From NCBI RefSeq assembly GCF_006345805.1, contig NC_043021.1, forward strand, positions 5,022,001 through 5,086,000: a stretch of DNA of 64,000 nucleotides, read 5' to 3'. The notes beneath the pieces are model-generated. The model did not search any database, was not told the origin of the DNA, and saw only the letters and a list, made by a program, of their open reading frames with translations. Each line of letters starts with the position of its first letter. The stretch's first letter is position 1. Source of the DNA: Octopus sinensis (Eukaryota). A program made the translations under genes and the position numbers. Below are positions 24,367-36,621 of this stretch, in pieces.

Positions 24367-25459
24367 TAATATAAAAATAAGTTTCCATCTGATCCCTGAA
24401 ATTTGAATCATCTTCAGCCCTTTTTGGTTATCAGGGAGCAAGTCAAATTAAGATGCAGTGAGATGGATCAAGTATTTTAGAAAATGTTGTTGTATAGCCC
24501 CATTTCAGACATGTTCATCTCATCATTTTAGGAGTAAGAATACATAAAGTAAATGTTTTTTTGAGAAATGATTAAGGCTGTGAAATGATTTAGCTTTTAC
24601 TTGTTTCAATCATTGATCTGTGGCCATGCTGGGGCATCACTTTGAAGGGTTTAGTCAAATTGACCCCCAATACTCATTTCAAGTCTGGTACTTATTCTAT
24701 CAGTATCTTTTGTCGAACTACTAAATTATAAGGCTGTAAACAAACACCAATCATCCAGTAGTAGTGCAGAAACACACACACACACAAACACACATATATC
24801 AACATATGTAAAAAGCTAACTCTAAGCTTGTTCTCGGTGAAGCGTTTAAATAGCTTAGAAGACTATGACTAAGACAACTCAGTGTGATTGAGTGGAATTT
24901 AGCCGCTATTTCTAACATTTCAAGTGACATATAGGTAAATCTCTCATTGGCCCAGTCTGTACGTTATGTTAGTACATACAAGTGTGTACACTAAGAAGAC
25001 CCTACTTTGATAACATTGCTGCTTGTGTAAACTTGTTCATTTAATGCACGACATCAACTAGAACCTCCTTGAGATAAAACTTGAGATTTTCCCTCATCAC
25101 GTGGATTTAATCACAAACACTCTGATTAAAGGTCTAAATACTTTAATCACTCAATTAATTCAAATATTCTAATCATCATTATATGTTTATTTTATTGTAG
25201 TGTTTTGATCATTTTGCTTTGTTCATTTTCTTAAAATAAAATCTGACATATCAGCATGTGTATGTATGTAAGAGAGAGAGAGAGAGAGAGAAAGAGAGTG
25301 TATGTAAGAGTGTGTGTGTATGTAAGAGAAAGAGTGTGTGTGTGTGCATGTCCTTGACTGTCTACTTCAGGGTTCATCTGTCTGTTTCAGTGACATCTTG
25401 TTTATTCCAATGTCCAGCAGTGTAAGTCTCCATCAATTTGTCTAGATACCTTTTGAGTT

Positions 25460-26020
25460 TCTGTTTGCCTGCCTGCTTGCCTTTTTAAGTCTGCCAGTTT
25501 CTTTGAGCCTTTGTTCTATCTGTCTGTTTGAGTCTCTGCTCTGTATGCCTGCCTGTCTGAGTCTCTTGTCTCTGTCCATCTACTTGTCTGTTATGGTCTC
25601 TGGTCTGTCTGTCTACCCAACTGCTTGGGTCTCTGGTCTGTTTGCTTGCCTGTTCAAGTCTGATCTGCCTGCTTGTCTGGTTTGGTTTCTGACCTGTCTA
25701 CATGCCTGCTTGAGTCTCTGGTCTGTCTGTCCCTCTACCTGTCTGGGTCTTTGCTCTGTCTGCCAGCTTGTCTGTTGCCTGCCTGCCTATTTAAGTCTTA
25801 TTTGCCTGCTTGTCTGTTTGGATCTCTGATCTGTCCACCTATCTGCTTAAGTTTGGTTTGTCTGTCTACTAAAGTTTCTGATCTGCTGGCCTGCCTGTCT
25901 GCTTACCTGTCTGTGTCTCTGGTCTGCCTGCCTGTCTGTCTGTTTGAGCATCTAGTCTATCTGTCCATCTGTATGCATGGCTACCCTTCAGCATGTCTAA
26001 GTATTTCTCTGTTTGCCCGT
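25460..26020. repeat. Degenerate (CTGT/CCTG)-derived low-complexity array
   Basis: A-poor strand built from gtct, gcct and tctg words with recurring phrases such as tctctggtctgtctg. Confidence 0.75.
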
Positions 26021-26271
26021 CTAAATATTGTTTATCTTAAAGTCTTGAAGGGGATAAGTTCAAAGGAATGTTGTGGAGTGGACTCCCTATGAAGTCAAAG
26101 CTAGAAGTTCAAGAATCAAATGTTTAATCCATATATTTTGTCAGATTTAGGGAAGAACAAATGAAAGGAGACAATAAAGATTTTCTATTTATAGAAATGG
26201 GGTAATGGGGATGTCAGAGCTCCATATATATACACACACACATATATATATATATATATAAATCAAAATAG

Positions 26272-26746
26272 ATGAACATCAATGGAATTTGTATCTTTGT
26301 GGTACCAATGCCGGTGGCACACAAGAAAACCATCCGAACGTGGCCGTAGCCAGTACCGCATCGACTGGCCTCCGTGCTGTGGGCACGTAACAAACACCAT
26401 CTGATCGTGGCCGTTCGCCAGCCTCATCTGGCACCTGTGTCGGTGGCACATGAAAACACCATCCGAGCGTGGCCGTCTGCCAGCCTCGTGTGGCACCTGT
26501 GTCGGTGGCACATAAAAAACACCATCCGAGCGTGCCCGTTCGCCAGCCTCGTCTGGCACCTGTGTCGGTGGCACATAAAATCACCCACTACACTCTCGGA
26601 GTGGTTGGCGTTAGGAAGGGCATCCAGCTGTAGAAACACTGCCAGATCTGACTGGCCTGGTGCAGCCTTCGGGCTCCCCAGACCCCAGTTGAACCGTCCA
26701 ACCCATGCTAGCATGGAAAACGGACGCTAAATGATGATGATGATGA

Positions 26747-26750
<4 letters not shown>
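26272..26750 (+). mobile_element. Retroposon-C with about 5 internal 62-63 bp units
   Basis: tggcacctgtgtcggtggcac recurs near 26428, 26490 and 26553; (GAT)n tail. Confidence 0.9.
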
Positions 26751-26801
<51 letters not shown>

Positions 26802-26818
26802 CATTTATATATATATAT

Positions 26819-27016
26819 ACTCTTTACTCTTTTACTTGTTTCAGTCATTTGACTGCGGCCATGCTGGAGCAGCGCCTTTAGTTGAGCAAATTGACCCCGG
26901 GACTTATTCTTTGTAAGCCCAGTACTTATTCTATCGGTCTCTTTTTGCTGAACCGCTAAGTGACGGGGACGTAAACACACCAGCATCGGGGACAAACACA
27001 GGCACACAAACACACA

Positions 27017-27056
<40 letters not shown>

Positions 27057-27212
27057 TACGACAGGCTTCTTTCAGTTTTCATCTACCAAATCCACTCAAT
27101 GCTTTAGTCGGTCCGAGGCTATAGTAAAAGACACATGCCCAAGGTGCCATGCAGTGGAACTGAACCTGGAACCATGTGGTTGGGAAGCAAGCTTCGCAAA
27201 CACACAGCTATA
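26819..27212 (-). mobile_element. SINE-A
   Basis: Family match with a small internal deletion. Confidence 0.85.
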
Positions 27213-27461
27213 CCTGTGCCTATGTGGTAAGACCAGTGGAATAGACTTTAGGAAATAAAAGTACTGAGATCAATTTGGTCAACTAAATCCTTCGAGCTGG
27301 TGCCCCAGACTGGCCATTAATCCAATGACTGAAGCAAGTAAAAAAGTAAAAGACAATGAATAGTGTATGGAACAATGGATTTTTGGCCCTCCTCGTCATG
27401 AAATGACGACTGATGCGCTTTTTATCTACGGACTTTTGGATAATCATTTGTTGATTGGAAA

Positions 27462-27882
27462 TACTCTTTTACTCTTTACTCTTTTACTTGTTTCAGTCAT
27501 TTGACTGCGGCCATGCTGGAGCACCGCCTTTAGTCGAGCAACTCGACCCTGGGACTTATTCTTTTTGTAAGCCCAGTACTTATTCTATCGGGCTCTTTTT
27601 GCCGAACCGCTAAGTGACGGGGACGTAAACACACCAGCATCGGTTGTCAAGCAATGCTAGGGGAACAAACACAGACACCCAAACATATACACACACATAC
27701 ATATATATATATACACATATATACGACAGGCTTCTTTCAGTTTCCGTCTACCAAATCCACTCACAAGGCATTGGTCGGCCCGGGGCTATAGCAGAAGACA
27801 CTTGCCCAAGATGCCACACAGTGGGACTGAACCCAGAACCATGTGGTTGGTTAGCAAGCTACTTACCACACAGCCACCTCCT
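27462..27882 (-). mobile_element. SINE-A
   Basis: Family match. Confidence 0.9.
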
Positions 27883-27974
27883 GGAATTTATATTATAAAT
27901 GCTAAGAGCATGATGATTGGAGTTGCTTAAATAAGATTTTAGTGTTTGTAAAACTGAAAGATCTCTTCTCCCCC

Positions 27975-28007
<33 letters not shown>

Positions 28008-29435
28008 TCCCTGTCTCTCTCTCTTTTTCACTTTCATCCCCTTTCACTCTCCTCCTTTTCTCTCTCTCTTTTATGCTTAGTGAACAATTTAATCTGTTGC
28101 AGCCTGCTTGTTAATCCTTTAATCTGTGAGATTGGAATTTTTACATCTATAAAGATCATTCATGAGCAAAACTAATCAGAGAGAAAGAGAAAGAGAGAGA
28201 GAGAGAGAGCTTATATAGACTGTTTAGACCTCCTTCAGGGTTTTAACTAATACACACACACACACATGTATATATGTGTACTGAATATATACACATACAC
28301 ACACAAGTACTTATTGGGGGATGGTCTTAAGAATCAACTCCTGTTGTCTAGGGAGTGGTGGTGGTGGTGTTGGAGAAAGTCAATTTGACCTTTTTGTTAT
28401 TGAGGCTGTGAAGGGTGATAAATGCTCCACATGTGTGTTAAATGCATTGTTGCTGGTTGGTCTCCTGTCTTTCCCTCACCTAGAGTCAGCCCTGACCCAA
28501 TGATCAGACCTATACTCAAAACTGTTAACCACACCTGATTATATTGTCTTTTAATCAGGTGTCATATATTTAGGCCTATGTCGCCTGTTGTGCCCTTTTC
28601 ATTTTTGACCAGGCCACCTGCCCTGGTTTTATGATACAAATGCCCTATTTTAAAGTGATCTAAATCAAAATGCCCCCCATCACAAATTCATGTTAATTTA
28701 TATTCCAAAATATCTGTTTAACAATCCTTTCTACTATAGGCACAAGGCTTGGAATGGGAGGCGGGGTAGTCAATTACATAGACACCAGTGCTCCATTGGT
28801 ACTATTTTTTTTTGACCCCAAAAGGATGGAAGAGTTGACCTCAGCACCATCTGAACTCAAAACATAAGGCAGACAAAATGGTGTTAAAAATTTAATTCAG
28901 CTCGCTAATGATTCTGCCAGCTCACTGCTTTAAAATACCAGCTTAATAATGACTTACTTAATTAACTAAATTCATTATTTTCAACATTTACTGAAACAGT
29001 ATATTTCAACAAAAGAGTTAATACATTGATACATAGGGTCCTATTATATTAATGGCGGTGCCCCAGCATGGCCACAGCTCGTGAGCTGAAACTAGATAAA
29101 ATAAAATTAAAATAAATATTTGTGTTGTATTATCTTCTAAACATCATTTTAATTTACCAACATACATCTGTCTTTGAGAAAAAGATGTACTAGATAATTG
29201 CTTGTCCCAGATAGCCATGGCTAGACTGACTTTACTTATAGGTTTGTGTACCCGGAGCTGACCCATGGATAAATCATGGCTATTAATATTTCTAGGAAGT
29301 TTTGTCCTTTGGAATCAAAGAGGTGACAAATCAATTTGATCTTCACTCTCCATCTCTAACCTTTATTAGACCAATCCACTTGAGATTATTCTGGTTCTGA
29401 TACAAATCTCCTGTTTTAAAGTGATCTCCCCCCCC

Positions 29436-29613
29436 AAAAAAGCACTCCTGATCCTTTGGGTGTACAGTGTGGACACAACCGATCATGTTTCCCTTGTAGA
29501 TTACCTTGCCAACTTCATTATCGATTCGCACTCCCTGCTGCCGCCTTTGCCATTTTTTTGTTAGTCCAAATGAAGTAGGATGGTACATCGGTATAAAGTA
29601 GAGTTTGCGCAAG
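29436..29613 (-). mobile_element. Helitron RepHel coding fragment (frameshifted)
   Basis: LAQTLLYTDVPSYFIWTNKK/WQRRQQG...MIGCVHTVHPKDQECFF resembles the Helitron segment 'TLLYxExPxYYxW..KKxxRRKQG...GRxYTVHPxxxECF'; +1 slip in the 7-T run at 29553-29559. Confidence 0.8.
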
Positions 29614-29648
29614 GAATCTGAAGTAGAAAATCTTTCATCAAAATTTCA

Positions 29649-29986
29649 TACTCTTTTACTCTTTTACTCTTTTCAGTTATTTTGACTGCGGCCATGCTGG
29701 AGCACCGCCTTTAGTTGAGCAAATCAACCCCGGGACTTATTCTTTGTAAGCCCAGTACTTATTCTATCGGTCTCTTTTGCCGAACCGCTAAGTGACAGGG
29801 ACGTAAACACACCAGCATCGGTTGTCAAGCAATGCTAGGGGTACAAAGACAGACACCAAATCCACTCACAAGGCTTTGGTCGGCCCGAGGCTATAGTAGA
29901 AGACACTTGCCCAAGGTGCCACGCAGTGGGACTGAACCCGAAACCATGTGGTTGGTAAACAAGCTACTTACCACACAGCCACTCCT
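29649..29986 (-). mobile_element. SINE-A lacking the central microsatellite
   Basis: Family match with an internal deletion near 29855. Confidence 0.85.
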
Positions 29987-30051
29987 AGAAAACTTATCAA
30001 AAGCATTTCCGTTCTAAACAGCCCCATCTTTTTTGGCTTACATTGTGTACT

Positions 30052-30279
30052 TTAGCCCTTTAGTGTTCGCATTATTCTGCCAAAATTAATCCTTTTTTAT
30101 CCACATTGCTTTCAACTAATCAGGCATTATCTTGTAGCTATGAGATTTTGATGAGGTAGCTGTTAATCTTTAAAACGATATTGTAGGGCTGGTGTGAGAG
30201 ACCAGATCTGGCCAGTTTGAACATAAAACAAGTAGAATACTTCTGGCCGGTTATGGCCGGTTTAAATGCTAAAGGGTTA
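30052..30279. mobile_element. MITE-D whose right end seeds the downstream satellite
   Basis: ttag-ccctttagtgttcg ... gctaagggttaa. Confidence 0.85.
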
Positions 30280-31242
30280 AAGACACTGGGGAAGGTTTTA
30301 GTTACTATTTCTAGCGAGTCTGTGTAATCACATGGAGGCTCATTTCTTAGTGTGTCATTGTGCATGGTAGCATGCTATTTTGGCCAATTTGAACATAAAA
30401 CGGGTGGAATACTTTTGGCCAGATATGGCCGGTTTAAATGCTAAAGGGTTAAAGACACTGGGGAAGGTTTTAGTTACTATTTCTAGCGAGTCTGTGTAAT
30501 CACATGGAGGCTCATTTCTTAGTGTGTCATTGTGCATGGTAGCATGCTATTTTGGCCAATTTGAACTTAAAACGGGTGGAATACTTTTGGCCAGATATGG
30601 CCGGTTTAAATGCTAAAGGGTTAAAGACACTGGGGAAGGTTTTAGTTACTATTTCTAGCGAGTCTGTGTAATCACATGGAGGCTCATTTCTTAGTGTGTC
30701 ATTGTGCATGGTAGCATGCTATTTTGGCCAATTTGAACTTAAAACGGGTGGAATACTTTTGGCCAGATATGGCCGGTTTAAATGCTAAAGGGTTAAAGAC
30801 ACTGGGGAAGGTTTTAGTTGCTATTTCTAGCAAGTCTGTGTAATCACATGGAGGCTCATTTCTTAGTGTGTCGTTGTGCATGGTAGCATGCTATTTTGGC
30901 CAGTTTGAACATAAAACAGGCAGAATACCTTTGGCCGGATATGGCCGGTTTAAATGCTAAAGGGTTAAAGACACTGGGGAAGGTTTTAGTTACTATTTCT
31001 AGCGAGTCTGTGTAATCACATGGAGGCTCATTTCTTAGTGTGTCATTGTGCATGGTAGCATGCTATTTTGGCTAGTTTGAACATAAAACGGGTAGAATAC
31101 TTTTGGCCGGATATGGCCAGTTTTAAATGCTAATGGGTTAAAGACACTGGGGAAGGTTTTAGTTACTATTTCTAGCAAGTCTGTGTAATCACATGGAGGC
31201 TCATTTCTTAGTGTGTCGTTGTGCATGGTAGCATGCTATTTT
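30209..31242. repeat. Tandem array of 6 x 172 bp
   Basis: Units start at 30209, 30381, 30553, 30725, 30897 and 31069; each is ~70 bp of MITE-D right end plus ~102 bp of flank. Confidence 0.95.
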
Positions 31243-31649
31243 GTGGTGTGATGGGTGGTGGGATGTTGAGTGTGGTAGGTATGTTTGTGTGGCAAATATT
31301 GTAATGCACCACGAGGAAATTGTGTCAGTTGCTTTCACTTCCCCCATAAGCAATTTCCATGACTACGTCTCATGGAAGAGCTGGTGTGTACAACATAAAC
31401 AGAGAGCAGAAATGGAAATGTTGAGGAGCCAGCATGAACACGTACTCACTGTTGAATCTCAGATTACCAATAATTAAATATAACAAGACTGAATGCATTC
31501 TTACGACTAATTAGTATTGACAATAAAGAGGTAAGTTTCCTCTAAAAACAAAACCACAGTGAGACGGTAGCTTTTGCTTCATTTCCACTGTTTAATATCC
31601 TGGGGCAAAGACATGCATATTACAGTATCGCATTTACTTTTTCACTGTT

Positions 31650-32130
31650 TCTCTAAAAACTTCAAGGTCTCTGTTCCTCATCAAGCAACAATACCATTTT
31701 ACAGAATGTACTCTGGCCTCTGGTCCTCATGCCACAGAACATTGGCAAACTTCTCCCCTTCTGCTTCTCCCATGGCTAAGTATACCTGTCTTCTAGCTAC
31801 ATGATATAGTTCTCTGCTACCACCACACATCACTCTTTGTCTGGTTAGGACTTTGCACCAGCCACAAATTTGATTTGTGGCTCTCAGTAAGTTATCTCAT
31901 CAGAACTTCCAGTTATCTGTAACTCCTCCTCCTCCTTGTTAAATGCTTCGGTTAGGACATCTCTCAATCTTTGATTGTTCAGAGAACCCTTAAGCTTTCA
32001 GATCATTCTTTTCCAGACTGGTCTGCTTCTTGGAATCCTTTTGGCTTGTAACCTGAAATCGCTAATAACTAACCTTATCCTAAGGAATACATTCTTCTTG
32101 GGGGAAGGTTTTAGCAATGTTGAGCAACCA
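31650..32130 (-). mobile_element. Decayed RTE-clade LINE fragment (end of endonuclease plus linker)
   Basis: KTFPQEECIP/RLVISDFRLQAKRIPRSRPVWKRMI*KLK, matching the RTE 'EC..QHRLVxxD' motif. Confidence 0.75.
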
Positions 32131-33083
32131 TGTGTGTTGCTTTCTGACGAGAACGTGTGAGTGCATGCGCATGCAAGTGTGTGCATGCGTGCACACTTTT
32201 CTCTTTAACATATGTCTCTTGATCCATAGTTTTTTTTTTTGTTTTTGTTTTTTTTTTTGCCGAAAACTATGAGAAATATTACATTTATGTATTTGTTTTG
32301 CAAGATTCTTGATGTGAAAACATGTTTTGAAACAGATATTGTTATAGTTGGCAGGGGGGCATCTTTTGCCATTTACACAAGCAATACTAACAATGACAAT
32401 ATGCACAAAGACAGTGACACCATGACCACCACCACCAACAACAACAATAGAAATAACAATAGAGACAACCAGAGAGATGGTAACCAGAAACTGATTGGAC
32501 AGAAGAAAATGCTAAAAAAAAAATGAAGAAAAGTTAGTGCATGTGTTCAATTGACAAAATATGACCATTCCCCAAGAATAACAATATGAGAAATATAATT
32601 TTCTTAATAACATATGAAGTGTGTACATGGACATTGACAAACCACTTGTAAACTGTCTCTGAGCCATACACAACATGTATATGTTGTCTACTCATAGTTT
32701 GTTGTTCAAATTTCTGCTTGTTGGTTGGATATAACTTTCTTCAGGAAAGACTGTTTGCTCTACAATTCCTTCATTTGGTGTACTGATCACATATGCTCTC
32801 TCGGTACTAATATGCATGTGTAGTGTACTCTGTGGCTCTTTAAAATTTCAGCTCATGAAGCGAATGGACATCCAGTCCCTTGTACACGTGCATCGTCTGC
32901 CTGTTGTTTGTTGATCAGATTTCAGCTTGTTTTGCAAGTTTTCAGTAAAACCATTTGTTATTCAATTTGTCTGTTCAAAGCAGGATCATTTGTATAAGAT
33001 TAACCTACAGTATAGGTTTCCATGACTTCTTTTTAACTTCATCATCCTTTAATGTCCATTTTCTATGCTGGTATATGTTGGAT

Positions 33084-33466
33084 AGTGGAGGCGCAATGGC
33101 CCAGCGGTTAGGGCAGCGGACTCGCGGTCGTAGGATCGCGGTTTCGATTCCCAGACCGGGTGTTGTGAGAGTTTATTGAGCGAAAACACCTAAAAGCTCC
33201 ACGAGGCTCCGGCAGGGGATGGTGGTGATCCCTGCTGTACTCTTTCACCACAACTTTCTCTCACTCTTACTTCCTGTTTCTGTTGTACCTGTATTTCAAA
33301 GGGCCAGCCTTGTCACACTCTGTGTCACGCTGAATCTCCTCGAGAACTATGTTAAGGGTACACGTGTCTGTGGAATGCTCAGCCACTTGCACGTTAATTC
33401 CACAAGCAAGCTGTTCCGTTGATCGTATCAGCTGGGACCCTCATCGTCGTAATTGACGGAGTGCTC
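33084..33466 (+). mobile_element. SINE-R, tRNA-derived, full length
   Basis: A box TGGCCCAGCGG, B box GTTTCGATTCC; 12-bp TSD tatatgttggat at 33072-33083 and 33472-33483; second copy at 47506-47873. Confidence 0.9.
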
Positions 33467-34901
33467 ATATATATATGTTGGATGGTTTGATAGGCGCTTC
33501 ACTGTCTGTTTTGACGTGGTTTTAATGGCTAGATACCCTTCCTAATGCTGACTATTGAGAAAATTTATATATTTTTTTTTTTTACTGAAATGGCACGGGC
33601 ATGGCTGTGTGGATAAGAAGCTTGCTTCCCAACCATGTGGTTTTGAGTTCAGTCCCACTGCATGGCACCTTGGGCAAGTGTCTTCTACTATAGCCCCAAT
33701 CCAACCAAAGCCTTGAGAGTAGATTTGGTAGACAGAAATGGAAAAAGAAACATTGTGTGTATATGTAACTGTATGTTGGAGTTTGTTCCCTACTACTGCT
33801 TGTCAACTGGTGTTGGTTTATTTACTTCCCAGTAACATAGTAGTTCAGCAATAGTGACGGGCATGGCTGTGTGGATAAGAAGCTTGCTTCCCAACCATGT
33901 GGTTTTGAGTTCAGTCCCATGGCACCTTGGGCAAGTGTCTTCTACTATAGCCCCAATCCAACCAAAGCCTTGAGAGTAGATTTGGTAGACAGAAATGGAA
34001 AAAGAAACTCTGTGTATGTTGGAGTTTGTTCCCTACTACTGCTTGTCAACTGGTGTTGGTTTGTTTACTTCCCAGTAACATAGCAGTTCAGCAATAGAGA
34101 CCAATAGAATAAGTATCAGGTTTTAAAAAAAAGTACTAAGGTTGGTTTGTTTGACACTAACACCTTCTAGACAGTGCTCCAGCAAGGCCACAACCCAACA
34201 ACTGAAACACAAAAATATAAACAAACAATGAAATACGACATAGATGTTCTCCATAGTATTTGTTGCCAAGTGCTGATTTCAGTGTTCTATGCCCCACCAG
34301 TCGAGCCATTCCAGATATATTTCAGACAGTGGTCAGCAAATTCTGTGATGCAAAGCCGCTTAAGTTCATATCATCACCTAAACGATTATTACAGTAATAT
34401 GATTACAGTGGCTGTGGTTGTGGTTTGTGATTGTAATTTAGAGCTAATCCAGTTTTTATATATATATCTGGGTCATTCCCCCCCCCTCTTCCCCCTCTCT
34501 CTCCCCCCACCTCTGAATACTGTATGCATTGTTTCTTTACTGATTATAAGTCATTTTTTTTACAAGTGTAGGTGTGTCTGTGTATATATACCTCTGTGTA
34601 TGTGTGTGTGTGTATGATGCCGTGTGTACGTGTATCTGTATATCTATAAGCATCTACTCGTGTTACCGTAAGCATTTACTCATGTTGTGTGTGTGTGTGT
34701 GTGTGCGCGCATGTGTGTGTGTGTGCGTGCATGTGTGTGTGCACGCATGTCTGTGTGTGTGTGTAAAATTATCCATTTATACACTTTAAATGTCCAGTAA
34801 TCTTTCAGGATCTTGCACTATTTTAACATTCTCCTCTATTTTGCCCACACACATTCCTTCTATTTTTATTTCTCTCTCTCTCTCACTCTCTTTCTCTCTT
34901 A

Positions 34902-34938
<37 letters not shown>

Positions 34939-35378
34939 TCTCTAACTCTCTCACTCTTTCTCTCTCATGCTCCCGTTGGAGTCTCTCTAGGAAGAGTCTC
35001 TCTAGGAAGAGTCTCTCTCGTTGTATAGAAGCTTCTATACTATTAGTTACAGATTATTACAGACTGAGTGATTTTGTGATAAATATTATTGTGAACATTA
35101 GTGCAAAAGCTAGGTGAACATAAGTGAAAGGGCACCTCACTATCTGCACACGCTGTCATTGTTCAGTTCATGTCTTTGAGAGGGTGGCCATACATCATCT
35201 ACCTTGTTTTTTTCCCTGTTTGCCAGTCATTTGCTTTGTATTATTTATTTATTTATTTATTGTTGACATCATTAGAATTTATAAACTTTGAGAGTGGTGG
35301 TCGTGGGGTATAGTTTTGCTTCTTTTTTTTTTTTTTGGTCAATGGCAAATCTCAAAGCAGATAGCTACAAGTAACAGC

Positions 35379-35577
35379 TTACTCTTTTACTTGTTTCAGT
35401 CATTTTGACTGCGGCCATGCTGGAGCACCGCCTTTAGTCGAGCAAATCGACCCCGGGACTTATTCCTTGTAACCCCAGTACTTATTCTATCGGTCTCTTT
35501 TGCCGAACCGCTAAGTGACGGGGACGTAAACACACCAGTTGTCAAGCAATGTTAGGGGGACAAACACAGACACACAA

Positions 35578-35627
<50 letters not shown>

Positions 35628-35779
35628 CAGGCTTCTTTCAGTTTCCGTCTACCAAATCCACTCACAAGGCATTGGTTGGCCCGGGGCTATAGCAGAAGAC
35701 ACTTGCCCAAGATGCCACACAGTGGGACTGAACCCAGAACCATGTGGTTGGTTAGCAAGCTACTTACCACACAGCCACT
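35379..35779 (-). mobile_element. SINE-A
   Basis: Family match. Confidence 0.9.
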
Positions 35780-35792
35780 TGTAAATATTTTA

Positions 35793-36024
35793 AATTCTTT
35801 ATTGCCCACAAGGGGCTAAACATAGAGGGGACAAACAAGAACGGACAAAGGGACTAGATCGATTACATTGACCCCCAGTGCGTAACTGGTACTTATTTAA
35901 TTGACCCCGAAAGGATGAAAGGCAAAGTCGACCTCGGCGGAATTTGAACTCAGAACGTAGTGGCAGACGAAATACAGCTACGCATTTCGCCCGGCATGCT
36001 AACGGTTCTGCCAGCTCGCCGCCT
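35793..36024 (-). mobile_element. SINE-B
   Basis: Family match; TSD cttgtaaatatt at 35778-35789 and 36031-36042. Confidence 0.9.
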
Positions 36025-36621
36025 TCACAGCTTGTAAATATTGGGTTCCCTCTGGGTAGAGAGATGCAAAGATTTGCTTCTGTCCAATGGTAGAATGCCT
36101 ATCATGTTTACAGAAGATGTGAATTCAAATCCCACAAGCAACCTTAGACTTTTCTATCCAAGGGTTTTTTCTTTTTTTTACCTAATATTTATACCCTATT
36201 ATTTGTAGCATTATCTGCTTTAAGTCTAACCGTTCCAAAAATCAAATTACTTGATGTTCTCTTGAAGTTTCTAAATTCTTATTATGTCAACAACTTACAA
36301 CGCTTGTTAGTATGAATAAAATTTCAAGTATGGATAGAAAAATTCGAAGGATTGCTTTCATCCAAGGGTAGAACATCTATTATGAGATGAGGGTTCAGGT
36401 CCCACAGGCAATCTTCAAGCTTTTCTATCCAAAGGGGTTTTTTTTTAACCCAATATCTACAGGGTGGGGAAGCAAAACTTGCAAAGGTCAAATGAAATTT
36501 GGAAATGTTTTATTGTACATGGAAGAGTCAACATGTAGCAAAATGTATTTATGCATAAGTTATTACTGTCAATAATAGAGATTCTATTCAATGTGTCCAC
36601 CATTATTTTCTGCCACCTGAT

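Noticed and set aside
25503-26092. 108- and 139-aa Leu/Cys/Ser-rich ORFs
   Set aside because: The A-poor low-complexity strand lacks stop codons by composition.
29460-29600. Plus-strand frame DYLANFIIDSHSLLPP… after ttgtag, resembling an exon
   Set aside because: The opposite strand is better explained as a Helitron RepHel fragment.
30138-31226. Six near-identical 60-75 aa ORFs (MHNDTLRNEPPCDY...)
   Set aside because: By-product of the 172-bp tandem unit; partly MITE sequence, with no evidence of coding.
33084-33160. tRNA-like sequence with A and B boxes
   Set aside because: No closing acceptor stem; it continues into a 300-bp body with a TSD, so it is a SINE head and not a tRNA gene.
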